Below, piece after piece: positions 23,171 to 35,409 of a DNA stretch of 64,000 bases. The notes beneath the pieces were generated by a model. It saw only the letters and a list, made by a program, of their open reading frames with translations. It was not told the DNA's origin and ran no database searches. Location of the stretch: NCBI RefSeq assembly GCF_018977255.1, contig NW_024704742.1, positions 8,992,001 through 9,056,000 on the forward strand, in the 5' to 3' direction. The DNA comes from Callorhinchus milii. Its lineage: Eukaryota. A program made the translations under genes and the position numbers. Each line of letters begins with the position of its first letter. Position 1 is the stretch's first letter.

Positions 23171-23847
23171 CTTTATTATTTTATTATTTCATTAGTAGAG
23201 GAAGAGTCATTCCATATCTACCTTGTCAATTCTCTTTGTTTTGCTAAAAATAACATTTGAATCATCCTATATCCTCCTCAGCTCTTGGGAACATGTCAAG
23301 ATCACTCGACTTCGTAAAACAGCTACAATTTTATTTGAAACAATGTCCTTGTTAGTGGGAATATGCCTTTACAGAGAACTAACACTCATCAGGCAATGGA
23401 GCTAAGGAAAAACTGCTTCACATTTTATTCTGTTTTTGCTACAAAAGCGTTCTTAATTTCTATTATGATTCCAATAGCAATACCATGTATGTCCTAGCTG
23501 TATTCCTTAGGTCATGCATGGGAGTCTTGTGGTTTCACTTAGAGTTGTGCCCTTGGTGAATGATTTAGTGACAGTGTGTTCAAAACAGGAAATAATTGCC
23601 AGACCACACTGTCACTGAATCATTCACTAAGTGCATTCTTTTTACTTTGAAGTATTTTACTGTCTTTGTCTATGTACGCAGGCTGATTGGGAACTTACAT
23701 TTCGCATTATTCTTAAGTGGGTTGAGGGAGTTTACTCGTGCATTGACTGTGTGTTTTGTGGGCGAACGTTACACTAAAGAAAGATCTCTAAAGTTTTACA
23801 ATTACAGTAGAACCTCAACCCCTTGTGAGCACCTCACAAACCTTTGT

Positions 23848-24168
23848 GGAGTCCTGTACCTCAGTGGTTAGAGCACTCGCTTTGCAAGCGAGAGACCTGA
23901 GTTCAATTCTAGGCAGAGGGCGAAACCTTGGGCAAGTTTCCTTACTCCACACTCTTAATAATAATTCCTCCAAAATAAAACAATAATAAATTGGTCATTT
24001 TCAATCTACGACTGTTTGTGGGACATTGCTGTGCGCAATTGGCTGCTGCGTTCGCCCACAAATATACAGTGAATTCACTTTACAGTGTATTCTGTGAAGC
24101 GCTTTGGGATGTCCTCCCGACGTGAAAAGCACTATATCAAATGCAAGGATTATTAATATTATTATTAT
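23848..24168 (+). mobile_element. SINE subfamily B, full length
   Basis: Head with tttgcaa (TGC) loop, central deletion, tail gggatgtcctcccgacgtgaaaagc. Confidence 0.9.
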
Positions 24169-24199
24169 AATGAGATCACCTCACTATGCAGGTCACTTT

Positions 24200-24740
24200 C
24201 ACTGGCTCCAAGGTGACATGCCTGGCAATGGAACGTCAGAATTCAGCCAGCCCTCTATGACTGTCTCTAGTCTGGTTCCTGAGCCAGACGGGTCCGCAGT
24301 ATTCCGGGGCACTGTTGATGGCAGCACAGCCCAGTCTGGCTCATCGGCAGGACCTGGAAAGGAAGACCAGTCACTGGGGACAGGGAGTCATCCCACTCAG
24401 CTCCTGTTAACCCTGCAAGCCAAAGCCCTAATGGATAGGGTGGTCCAAGTTGGACAAGCAGCGGGAAAGCTTGTCAGACAGCAATATCAAAGGCAAGCTA
24501 TGAGGTTTTAGCTGGTTAGACTCCATCAGTTACCCCATCGCACACACTGGGGTCCCCAAGCCTTGGCTCTTGACAACCTGTGCCTAATACTTTCCAGAAT
24601 TAGGTAAGCAGGATGTGTCTTTCCAGGGGGAAAATGTGCATTCCATTCCAACAACCTCTCTGAGATTTCCATGTGTGGGTGGGATGCCTAGAAATCTCAG
24701 CTTCCGCATGTGTCACACACTCGGCTGACCAAAAAAATCA
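24200..24740 (+). repeat. Unclassified repeat family U
   Basis: Highly similar to 47618-48138 (+), 31833-32325 (-) and 60774-61362 (-); ends ...ctgaccaaaaaaa. Confidence 0.85.
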
Positions 24741-25367
24741 TAGTGACCAAATCCCAAATTCACTGCATATTGAGGGTTAGATACCCCCAATCTATTGACT
24801 GTTTCCAATAGCCACAGTTTCCAATGGCAACAGCAACAGTATTTCAGGTGTTGCTTCTGTTTTTTTCTTTCTTTGAGAAAAGCACAAAGCTGTTCTCTTG
24901 CCCTAACATGAATGTTGCTTCATGCTCAAAATGAAAAGATTGAAATTTCCGGAATAATTGTGAAAATGGTTTCACCTGACCGTACACATTTAAGGAACAT
25001 GTATCGCCTTCTAATTCATGTATTTATAATGAGAAGCACATTCTTCATTTATTCTGGCTGGATTCCTATAAAGAAAACGAGAATTAAATGGAGCATAATG
25101 AATAATTCACAGGTTCAACAGAGATGTATCTGCTTTTTGATTTCTTGTTGCAATATTATAATTGTTGAAGTGCTTTGCAATATTGATTCTACTTGGTTTT
25201 GTCAACAAAAATATCTCAAGGGGAGTATTGATGACATCTGGATTAAGTTGCATGAAGAGAGTTGATCAAGCTATCTTCAGAAAGTAATGTTGCCAATCCA
25301 GTAGTTTAACAGGATGGTGCAAGCATGATCCAAGCTCAGACAATATTTGAACTTAGAATTCCCTTAT

Positions 25368-25520
25368 CATAGAATCATAGAATTGTACAGCACAGAAGGA
25401 AGCCATTCGGGCCATCATGTCTGTGCCGGCTCTTTGAAAAGAACTATCCAAATCAATCCTACTCCCCCGCTCTCTCCCCAAAGCCCTGCAAATTTGGCCT
25501 CCTCAAATAATTATCTAGAT
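25368..25520 (-). mobile_element. CR1 3' tail
   Basis: catagaatcatagaattgtacagcacagaaggaagccattcgg, a reverse CR1 end. Confidence 0.8.
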
Positions 25521-26259
25521 CTCACTTATGAGTGAGAATGGAGACACAGCAAATGAGAAATGGCAAACTCAGTAGCACAAAAGATTTTATTTGAGGATTT
25601 GTTTTAAATTGAAACATTTTTGGGGGAGGGGGTAGGGGGCTTGGAGAGAGGATTAACGTACAGAAATGTAGATTTAAAATAAGCCAATTGTGACATGTTC
25701 ACATTTATTAGTATGATTTATTAGTTTTTATTTGTGAAGTGAACTAGTGATGTACATCCATAATTGTTTTCTTTAGAAAAAGTCACTATATCGTTTCTGT
25801 AAATGTCCTATTGTCCATTTCCACCGTATGAATTACAGCACAATAAATCAATACACCACCCATCAACAATCTGAACTGCAATAGATTTAACTGAAAAAGA
25901 GTTCAAATGAATCCTTTTAACTTGTTTCGAGTCATTTTTAAAATCTAAGATGTAGCCTAGCTTGAGATTACACGTGTACAAAGCACAGGAAAGGAGCAGT
26001 GGTGCACAGTATTGCTCTTCAAATCAAGCTAGTCTTGATGTCCTTCCAGGAGGTTCACAGGTGGGAGGTAAACATCGCTGAGCTGTGCCTCGGGTGATCA
26101 GTGTTTGCAACACGTAAATATTCTGGTAGGGATTGAGCCTTGTGAGATTGCACAATATATATGAATTTGGATGTAATTGGGTTCTAAATTTGCAATGGCC
26201 CAAATCGGAATGCCAGTCCTCTTCCAATATTTCAACCTAACACTGTGCTTTATTGGGTG

Positions 26260-26910
26260 GTACATTGTTAGAGGTTCTGTCCTTCGGCTGAGATGTTAAA
26301 ACCGAAGTCCCATCTGCCCGTTCAGCTGGATGTTAAAGATTTTACGGCACTATTGGAAAAGAGAAGGGGGTTTCTCCCAGTGTCCTGGCCAACCATCCCT
26401 CAGATAAAATTGGTCATTCATTCCACGGTTGTTTGTGAGACATTGCTGTGTGCAAGTTGGCTGCCGCGTTCACCACAAAACATATATACACACAATTACA
26501 GCACTTCACAGGATATCATGTGAAGCACTTTGAGACATCTTAACAATATGAAAAGATGCTTTATCAAATGCAAATATTATTATTTAATGTCCATAATCAC
26601 AGCTATAAAGAGTGTGTGGCAGCCTGGCTCCCTGGATTATGTGTTCAAGCCCCATGTGGAGATTTTGAGCTCACTGTTCAAGATGACACTCCAGTGCAGT
26701 GATGGGGAGAGCTGCATTGTTGGAGGTGCTGTCCTTTGGATAAAATGTTAATCTCTTGTCCCATTTGCCTGTTCAAGTAGACGTTGAAGATCCTATAGCA
26801 CTATTTGAAAATATTCCTGGCTTCCCAGTTCTCCAATAAAATTGGCCATTGACTTTATGAGACAATGCTGTGTGCAAATTGGCTGTTGATTTTGCCTACA
26901 ACATATACAG
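26260..26910 (+). mobile_element. Two old DeuSINE (SacSINE1/AmnSINE1-like) remnants
   Basis: Deu-domain text ggaggt..tgtccttcggatgagatgttaaaaccga...gttcag.tggatgttaaagat...ggcactatt occurs twice. Confidence 0.75.
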
Positions 26911-27101
26911 TCTCTAGTCTGTATTGTATCAGCAGATTGAACCTGCACACAGCAGCATTTGTGAATATAGGCATCTGGCCCTCATTGGCTGGAACAATAA
27001 ATACCGATGGTACATGTGCAATCGAAAGAAACTACTCTCATTGTGATTTAACCTTGACTCTTATCAAAAAGTGCTGATTACATGTTTCTATTTTCCTTCA
27101 G

Positions 27102-27218
27102 ACCTGCAGTCAATCAGGAAAGAGGAAGCTCCCAAACTGGTTTGCCTCTTGCAACAAACAACAGAGCTCCAGCTTTACCAGCAAGAAAGTGAAAAAGCAG
27201 AAAGGACTTTTCAATTAA
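27102..27218 (+). CDS. WRN: WRN terminal coding exon (NLS / Ku-binding motif / XLF-like tail)
   Basis: ttttccttcag|ACC...TAA. TCSQSGKRKLPNWFASCNKQQSSSFTSKKVKKQKGLFN* vs human [35 protein letters not shown]. Confidence 0.96.
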   Translation, partial: TCSQSGKRKLPNWFASCNKQQSSSFTSKKVKKQKGLFN

Positions 27219-27698
27219 ACCACAAGTTATTTACGCAGACATTGTCTACCACTGCAGAAAATAGTTGATTTATACAGCACCATGCGAATGGAACGGTTTG
27301 GGCCACCGCTCGGGTTATATACTGTGAGCCCTAATTCTCCTGGAGGAACATCACATCCAGGTAGATGAAAAGTCGTAGAAGATGTCATAAATACTGTGCA
27401 ATATACGGAGCTTGGAGCTAATGTCAGTTTAATTCTGTGAATTATGCTCATATTCTTCTGGACGGCTATTTTATCAATGATTTATTTCAAAGACTTTTTG
27501 ATACAAATGTGGAAATATTCACAGATTCTTTTCTCTTGTTTCCATATTCTGCAGCAAATTGTTGTCCTTTACCTTGTGCAATAATGATAAGGAATATGAT
27601 TTGTTTTCTTTGCACTTCTGAACATTTTGATTGTTGCTCCATGGATTATTTTACTTATTTGCTTTGAAAATGTTAAAATGATTTAATACAATGATATT

Positions 27699-27719
27699 AA
27701 TAAAATATCACTGAATAAA
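27699..27719 (+). terminator. Candidate WRN polyadenylation signals
   Basis: First AATAAA hexamers after the stop codon (27699-27704 and 27714-27719), ~480 nt downstream. They abut a SINE remnant. Confidence 0.45.
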
Positions 27720-28184
27720 ATGGATCAGTCATGTCTGTTTGTGGGACGTTGCTGTGCACAAAATGACTGCCATGTTCACTTACAAATACACAGTCACTGC
27801 ACTTCACAGTAACATCCTGTGAAGCGCTTTGAGACATTTCAACGACTTGGTAATTCATGATATAAAATGCCAAGATTATTACATTATTACACAAACATTT
27901 GTTTTAGATTGTGAATGGCTTGGTTGGCTAATCATTTCCACTGATGATTATTGCACGCTATGTGCAGTGGATGTGCTGAAAGTCTGATCACTTAAAGCGT
28001 TTCAACATCACAATTCATGTACAATCAGATATCGAAATGAAGAACTTATCTGAATAAAACAGTTTCCCAAATTGCTTGGGAATGTATTAAATGCACTTAG
28101 TTTTTGTCCCACCTGATGGCAGCAACAGGTAAAACGATGACAACAACTTGGTTTACAAAGAGCCCTTCACACGGAGCAGAGTAT

Positions 28185-28985
28185 CAACAACAACACATTA
28201 TACTTGTATAATGCCCTTCATGTCAGAAAGACGTCCCAGGCCACTGGACAGTCGAGGGTTTTTTGGACCCGAGCTGGGAGTTGGGGTTAGGAAGGGTGGA
28301 GGGCAGTGGGGGTGAAGAAGAAGGTCCTCAGATGGAACTTGAAGGAAGCAAAAGAGAGGGTCAGGCGGAGTGGTGGTGGTGTGGGGGACCTGAAGGTGTC
28401 CACTAAGCGAAGGGAGCGGACAGGGGGGAGCAAGACCATGGAGACCTGCTGGGGAATCCCAAACAGGAGAATATTCCCTATGTTAACCTTGCCACATAAG
28501 GGGAGATGTTGAGCAGTGACCTGGACACAGAAAGGGCAAATATGGGACAAGCCATCTTCAAGTTATAAATAGAGGGCTTTGACGGTGAGAACACGGGTTT
28601 TGTACTCAATTTTCTGAGAGATGAGAGCCAGTAAAGCCGGGCAAAAACGGGGATAGTTGGTTCCTGGAGCTGAGAGAGGTAATATAAATAACAAATAATA
28701 ATCCTTGTATTTAATATAGCGCCTTTTCACGTCGTTGAGACGTCTCAAAGCGCTTCACAGAATATATTGTAAAGTGAATTGACTATTTTGTGGGCAAAAT
28801 ATATTTTGAAACTATTTTGAGGTGTGGGAGAGGACACAAACTGGAGAGTTCTGAATAATCTGCAGCTTGTGGAGGGAAGAATTGGGAAGTCCAGTGAGCA
28901 TAGTCAAACCGAGACTTGATGAAATCGTGGATCAAGGTCTCGGCGGCCTGTGGTGCGAGGCAGTGGCACTTACCATCGGAGCACT
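28185..28985 (-). mobile_element. L2 fragment interrupted by a 126-bp local copy and a SINE tail
   Basis: L2 pieces at 28185-28445, 28572-28650 and 28815-28985 are colinear. Confidence 0.7.
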
Positions 28986-29540
28986 TGCAGACCTGTGATG
29001 TCAACACTACCAGGCCATCCTGCTACAGTGTCTGCAGGAACCGCATTTACACTATGGATTCTATATTCTGTAGAAGCAGCCTTGTCTCTCCTGAATAATG
29101 ATTGAAAAACGTGTGGCACAAAATTTCACATCTACTGGAAAGCATGGATTTCAAATAGATTTTTTTTGAAAACCAATTTAGAAGCTACTTTCTGTTGGCC
29201 ACAAAGCAGAGTAAAAATGGCTCTTGATATGGAGGTTTTTTTTCTTCATCGCACAGTGGTATTTGAATTTCCGAAACAATTTTTATTGGGAGCATTGCAT
29301 TCTATGGTAAGATCCGGATTTCTGCTGGGGAATCCCAAACAGGAGAGTATTTCCTATGTTAACCTTGCCACACAAGGGGAGATGTTGAGCAGTGACCTGG
29401 AAAGAGAAAGGGCAAATGTGGGACAAGACACCTTCAAGCTATAAATATCATTTTTGCCCACAAAATACATAATCACACTGCAAATCATAGGTGGGCACTT
29501 CTCAGATATGGTGCCCCAAAATGTCATTAAAAGTGCTATA

Positions 29541-29917
29541 GAGTCCTGTAACTTAATGGTTAAAGTACTCGCCTCGCAAAAAAAAGCACCTGGGTTTTTA
29601 ATTCCTGGGCAGGGCGAAACCTTAGGCAAAGCTTCCTTACTCCACACGCCTCTGTTTTACGTAGCAGTAAGTAGGAACCTGGTTGTTAGTCAATTGGTGG
29701 ATCGCTTTCCCTCCAAAAGATAAATAAAATAATATTGAAAAATAATATTAATTTGGTCGCTCAATCCACGACTGTTTGTGGGACAGTGCTGTCCGCAATT
29801 GGCTGCCGCCTTTCGCCCACAAAATATGCAGTTACTATACTTTACAGTATATTCTGTGAAGTGCTTTGAGATGTCTCGAAAACATGATAAGGCGCTGAAT
29901 AAATGAGTTATTATTAT
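29541..29917 (+). mobile_element. SINE subfamily A
   Basis: Full-length copy. Confidence 0.88.
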
Positions 29918-30519
29918 AAAGACCAAAGTGTTTTGAACTGTAATTGAACTAATCTTGTGAACTGTATAATTTCCAAATGGATAACCTTTATCAAAAGCAC
30001 AGATTTTCTTGTGAAGAAAAGTATTTTGGGCCAGTCCTTTGGGGTGGGGCCAGGTTGTTAGTTCACAGATCGCAGAATTCCAGTGGGGGACGAACATTAA
30101 GTGAGAAGGTACACGTGAAAAAATTTATTAAAAAGGGGTTGCGATGTGCATGTGGGAGGGAGTAATTTGACAGATTTTACAGTTGTGTTTTCCAGTATTT
30201 TTCCTTCATTTGCGTGATGCCACTTTTTCTAAGCAGTTTCATTTTAATAACATTAGTTAAAGATATTGTGATGTTATGTTCAAACGAAACACTCCCTATA
30301 GGCGTTGTTACCTCTCTGTGAGATTTTAATTTTGTTTTGAATTAGCACAACAGGTATGCTGTTAGCGGGCATGTTTTCTGATGTGCAGCTGCCTCTGCAT
30401 TGAGTGGCTGCTGTAATTATGGGAGAGGTATCAGAAAATCAACGCTCCATGTGCTGGTTTAAACAGTCTAAAATAAATGTAATGCTCTTTATTGGGAAGT
30501 CATCCAGTGTTTAAAACAT

Positions 30520-31832
30520 GCAACAACAACAACAAGATTACATTTGTATAGCAATTTTCACGTCGGGAGGACGTCCCAAGGCGCTGGACAGTGTACAGCA
30601 TTTCAGACCCGAGCTGGGGATGGGGGGAGAGGGGAGGGGAAGGGGGATGACCAATGGCATGGTCGAAGAGGAGGGTTTTGAGGCAGGACTTGAGGACAGG
30701 AGGTTAAGGAGGGGGCGAGGCGGAGTGATTGGGGGATGGAATTCCAAGAGTGGCTGAAGGCTCTCCCGCCAATGGTGGGGCGGGTGGGTCGGGGGACGTG
30801 GAGCAGGCCGGAGCCGGCTGAGCGGAGGGAACGGGCGGGTTGGTAGGGGGTTAGGAGGTCACAGAGGTAGGGTGGGGCGAGGCCATGGAGGGCTTAATAG
30901 GTGAGCACTAGGATCTTGAACTGGATCCTCTGAAGGATGGGAAGCCATTGGAGTTGGGCAAGAATGGGGGAGATGGGGTCACAGAGTTTGGTGTGGGAGA
31001 GGACACGGGCTGCAGAGTTCTGGATTATCTGCAGTCTGTGGAGGGAGGGGTTGGGAAGGCCGACAAGCAGGGAGTTTGCATAGTCGAGCCTGGAGTTGAT
31101 GAAGGCATGAACAAGAGTTTCAGCGCCTGAGGGGTGAGGTAGTGGTGGAGTTGAGCGATGTTACGGAGGTGAGGGAAGGCAGAGCGGGTCATGGCTTGGA
31201 TGTGGGAGAAAAGACAGTTGAGGGTTGAACAAGATACCTTGGTTCCTGACTGGTTTGGTGAGTTGAAGTGTGCAACCATGGAGGTTGATGCTCCCAGAGC
31301 CTGAGGTGCTGAGGCGCTGGCGCGAGCCAATCAGGAGGGCCTCAGTCTTCTTCACATTCAACTGTAGAAAATTTGCCCTCATCCAGGACTTGATGTCTGA
31401 CAGATAGTCTGTCAGGACAGCAGTGGTCCTGGAGTTGAGGGTGGAGGCAGAAAGATAGAGTTGGGTGTCATCCGCATACATGTGGAAGTTGACCCCATGT
31501 TTGCGGATGATGTCACCAAGGGGGAACACGTAGATACTAAAGAGGAGAGGGCCAAGGACAGAGCTCTGGGGGACGCCAGACGTGACAATGCGGGGGCTGG
31601 AGGAGAAACCGTTAGAGGCAACGAAGTGGAGATGGTGAGAGAGATAGGAATCGAACCAGGCAAGGGCAGGTCCGTGAAGATTGAGTAAAGAGGAGAGGCG
31701 GTGTATGAGAATGGAGTGGTCAACAGTGTTGAAGGCGGCAGAGAGGTCGAGGAGGACAAGGAGGCAGAGGGAGCCCTGATCACAGATGTTCAGAGTGTCA
31801 TTAGTAACTTTGACCAGGGCTGTTTCCGTAGA
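30520..31832 (-). mobile_element. L2 LINE, 5'-truncated, with RT domain remnant
   Basis: STETALVKVTND...LLDLSAAFNTVDH...SGVPQSSVLGPLLF...HMYADDTQLY...FLQLNVKKTE, then a frameshifted C-terminus and (GTT)n tail. Confidence 0.95.
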
Positions 31833-32325
31833 AACCATTCTTAGGAATATCCAAACCAAGCTGAGATTTCCGTGCATCCCACCGACACATGGAAACCCAG
31901 AGACAGATTGTTGAAATGAAATCCGCACTCTCTCCCTGGAGGCACACATCCTGTTTACCTAATTCCGGAAAGTATTAGGTGCAGGTTGGCAGGGGTGAAA
32001 GCTTGGGGAACCCAGAGTGTGCGTTGGGGTCACTGCTGGATTCTAACCATCTAACCGCATAGCTTGCCATTGATATCGCTGTCTGACAAGCTTTCCTGCT
32101 GCTTGTCCAACTCTATCCGTTAAGGCTTTAGCTTGTAGGGTTAACAGGAGCTGAGTGGGAGGATTCCCTGCCCCCAGTGACTGGTCTGCCCTTCCAGGTC
32201 TTGCCGATCAGCCTGGAATACTGAGGACCAGTCTGGCTCAGGATCCGAACTAGTCACGGAGAGCTGGCTCGATTCTGACATTCTATTGCCAGGCATGTCA
32301 CCTTGCAGCCAGTTTAGCTCCAAGC
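31833..32325 (-). repeat. Unclassified repeat family U
   Basis: Reverse copy of 24200-24740. Confidence 0.85.
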
Positions 32326-32699
32326 AAGGAGACCCTACTTACTTTCCCCCCCGCCCCACCCCCACCCGGAGGATAGTCATTAGTTTGGCATTTGACATCT
32401 GACAAACATGGGGCTTGAACCCTCATTGGGTGGATGGCCTGCGACCTTCCTGGTGGGCCACACAGCTCTGTGACACACGTCCCTTCCCATTGAGCGATGG
32501 TCCCACCGGTTGGAGGTGTGGAGTTTAAGCCGCAGCCAATCAGGTGGGTTCCAGGCACTGGACGTATGAATGTGTCTCACAAACTGGGATGCAGGTAACA
32601 CCTTCCAGCAGCTGTCGCCCCAAGCCTCAGATTTTCCTCATCAGCTGTCAGGCATCTGCCTTCAGTGTGGTGGAAGGATCTTTACAGGACAGTTTGTGA

Positions 32700-32947
32700 G
32701 GCGCCAGCCACCTTCACGTTCTCAAGGTCCAAGTCCAATGCCGTGTACCAGACTGTGTGAACACCAACTCCTCATGTGGTGGGTGCAGCGCAGAAGGTCC
32801 CCAGGTGGTCCTCCAGCAGCACAATATCATCCCCAAACAGAAGCCCACAATCCTGTCAGAGAGGCCTGTAGCAGATACACCAAGTACTTCCCCCTGGATG
32901 CCATCCAACACAACATCGAACAGGGTGGGTGGCAATGGGCAGCCTTG
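32700..32947 (-). pseudogene. Degenerate non-LTR reverse transcriptase fragment (not L2/CR1-type)
   Basis: QGCPLPPTLFDVVLDG followed, after a 1-nt shift, by LLFGDDIVLL (FGDD at 32826-32837): RT motifs 4 and 5. Confidence 0.65.
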
Positions 32948-33248
32948 CTTTCAGGAGAGATGGGTTTCATTACTACCCCGCCAACCCTTAATGCTCTCAA
33001 TGGATTAAGTAACACGGACGACCTTAAAAAAAATGACATAAGCCCATGGTCTGGGCTGACACTCCATTGCAGTTTTCTTCACATGAGACATATAACTGTG
33101 ATTCCATCTGCCTGTTCAGGTGGCTGCCTGTTCATCCCCGGCTTTGCGTCGTGTTCTGCCACAGTCAAGTGCTCCAGGACGCTACCCTGTGTGAGGGGGC
33201 ACTGTATAAATGCAAATTGTTGTTGTTGGATGTTCGAAATCACTGTAG

Positions 33249-34715
33249 AGCCCTGTATATCAGCAAGCACTTGCATCGCAAGTGAGAGACCTGGGTTCAA
33301 TTCCCAGCAGGGCGAAATGTTGAGTAAGTTTCCTTACTCCACCCACCTCTGTTCACCTAGCAATAAGTAGGAACCCGGTTAAACTCTACCTTTCCTCCTC
33401 TATCCTCAACTCCACGACCACCGATGTCCTGACAGCTGCCTGTCTGACATCGAGTCCTGGACGAGAGACAACTTTCTTCAGCTCAACGTGCGAAAAACTG
33501 AGGCCCTCCTGATTGGCTCACGTCAGCGCCTCCGCACCTCAGGCGCTGACAGCATCAGCTTCCAAGGCTGCACTCTCCACCTCTCAAAGCCGTCAGGAAC
33601 CTTGGGGTTCTGTTCGACCCTGAGCTGTCCTTTCTTCCTCATATCTGCGCCACAACTGGCACCGCCTTCCATCACCTCTGAAACATCGCCAGACTACGGC
33701 ACTACCTCACCCCTCACGCTGCTGAAACTCTGGTCCACGCGTTTATCACCTCAAGACTGGACTATGGGAGCTCTCTCCTCGTCGGCCTTCCCGGCACCTC
33801 CCTCCACAAGCTGCAGGTCATTCAGAACTCTGCAGCTCGTGTACTGTCCCGCACCAGACACCGCAACCACATCACTCCCACCCTCGCTCGCCTCCACTGG
33901 CTCCCCATCCCCCAGAGGATCGAATTCAAAATCCTCATCCTCACCTACAAGGCCATTCACGGCCTCGCTCCCTCCTACCTCTCCGACCTACTATCCCCGC
34001 CCGTACCCTCCGTTCCTCTGGCTCCGGTCTGCTCCACATCCCCCGCCCCAACTGCCCTACCATCGGTGGCCGGGCCTTCAGCCTCTCAGCCCCGAGGCTC
34101 TGGAACTCCATCCCCCAGTGCCTTCGCCGCCTCCTCCCTTTCCTCCTTCAAGGCCGGTCTCAAGACCTTTCTCTTTGACCGTGCCTTCAGCTCCCCTCTC
34201 GACTCTCTACCCCCTCCTCGCTCCCTCCCTTCCCTCCCCTCACCCTGACCATTTCCCCCCCTCCTCGCTCCCTCCCTTCCCTCCCCTCACCCTGACCATT
34301 TCCCCCCTGCTCGGGTCCTGACCCAACTGTACAGCGCCTTGGGATGTCCTCCCGACGTGAAAGGCGCTCTATAAATTAAATCTCGTTGTTGTTGTTGTTA
34401 GTCAATTGGCGGATTACTTTTCCGGGGGTAATAATCCCTTCAAAAAAATAATATAAATAAATAAATAAATAAAAATAATTTGGTCACTCAAGCCACGACT
34501 GTTTGTGGGACACTCCTGCATGCAATTGGCTGCCCTGTTTCGCCCACAAATTACACAAATTACACTTTACAGTATATTCTGTGAAGCGCTTTGAGACGTC
34601 TCAAAGATGTGATAAAGCGCCTTGGGACGTCCTCCCGACGTGAAAGGCGCTCTATAAATGGAATCTTGTTGTTATTGTTGTTGTATAGCGAATGCAAGGA
34701 TTATTATTATTATAA
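33249..34715 (+). mobile_element. SINE A split by a ~1-kb L2 (33381-34399) and an L2 tail (34617-34684)
   Basis: The SINE head stops at ggaacccggtt and resumes at agtcaattggcgg after the L2 (GTT)n tail. The L2 part encodes NFLQLN..KTEALLIG...LHWLPIPQRIEFKIL. Confidence 0.9.
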
Positions 34716-35076
34716 TCTTGAATGACTCGCATATAAAAGATCTCAAAACAGAGGTGATCAGTCTGTCAATGCTGAACAAAGAGTTCACGTGCTTGGCAGT
34801 GCTCGTGGCATAACAAAACCAAACCTGAATTTGAGGTAATGAGTCTGTGGGCATTTTACATAACAAAGTGTTCTACTGTACAGTGAACTGTTCCACACTT
34901 CTCGTATTACACAGATGAGTCACGAGCAAAAGCTATCCAAATCTTCTTCACCTGAGGGAATACTTACCAGCACTGTTTGCGACATTAGGCTGTGTCTTGG
35001 TAACAAGGGTGGTATCAGCCTTGTGGATTTTGCTAAATAGCTCCCAGCTATAGACAAACTTACTATTCTCTTGTTT

Positions 35077-35409
35077 AATAATAATAATCCTTATATTTGA
35101 TATAGTGTCTTATTACATGTTTGAGACGTCTCAAAGCTTCACAGAATATCCTGTAAAGTGAATTGACTGCATATCTCGTGGGTGAAATATGGCAGACAAT
35201 TGTGGACAGCAGTGTCCTGCAAACAGTCGTGGATCGAGTAACCAAATTTTTAAAAACTTTTTAAAAACAACCATGTTTCTAGTTACTGCTAGGTAAACAG
35301 AGGCCTGTGGAGTAAGGAAACTTGCCCAACATTTCTCCCTGCCGGGAATTGAACCCAGGTCTTCTCATTTGGGAGGTGATTGGTCTAACCACTGAGCTAC
35401 AGGATTCCA
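35077..35409 (-). mobile_element. SINE subfamily A
   Basis: Reverse copy with a small internal deletion. Confidence 0.85.

Noticed and set aside
32570..33370. 266-aa plus-strand ORF
   Set aside because: It is antisense to an RT remnant and runs through DeuSINE, L2 tail and SINE head; a chance composite.
33488..34321. 277-aa Pro/Ser-rich ORF
   Set aside because: Off-frame reading of a C-rich L2 fragment.
30520..34399. Large inverted repeat formed by L2 copies at 30520 and 33381
   Set aside because: Independent, clearly diverged insertions of an abundant family; not termini of one element.
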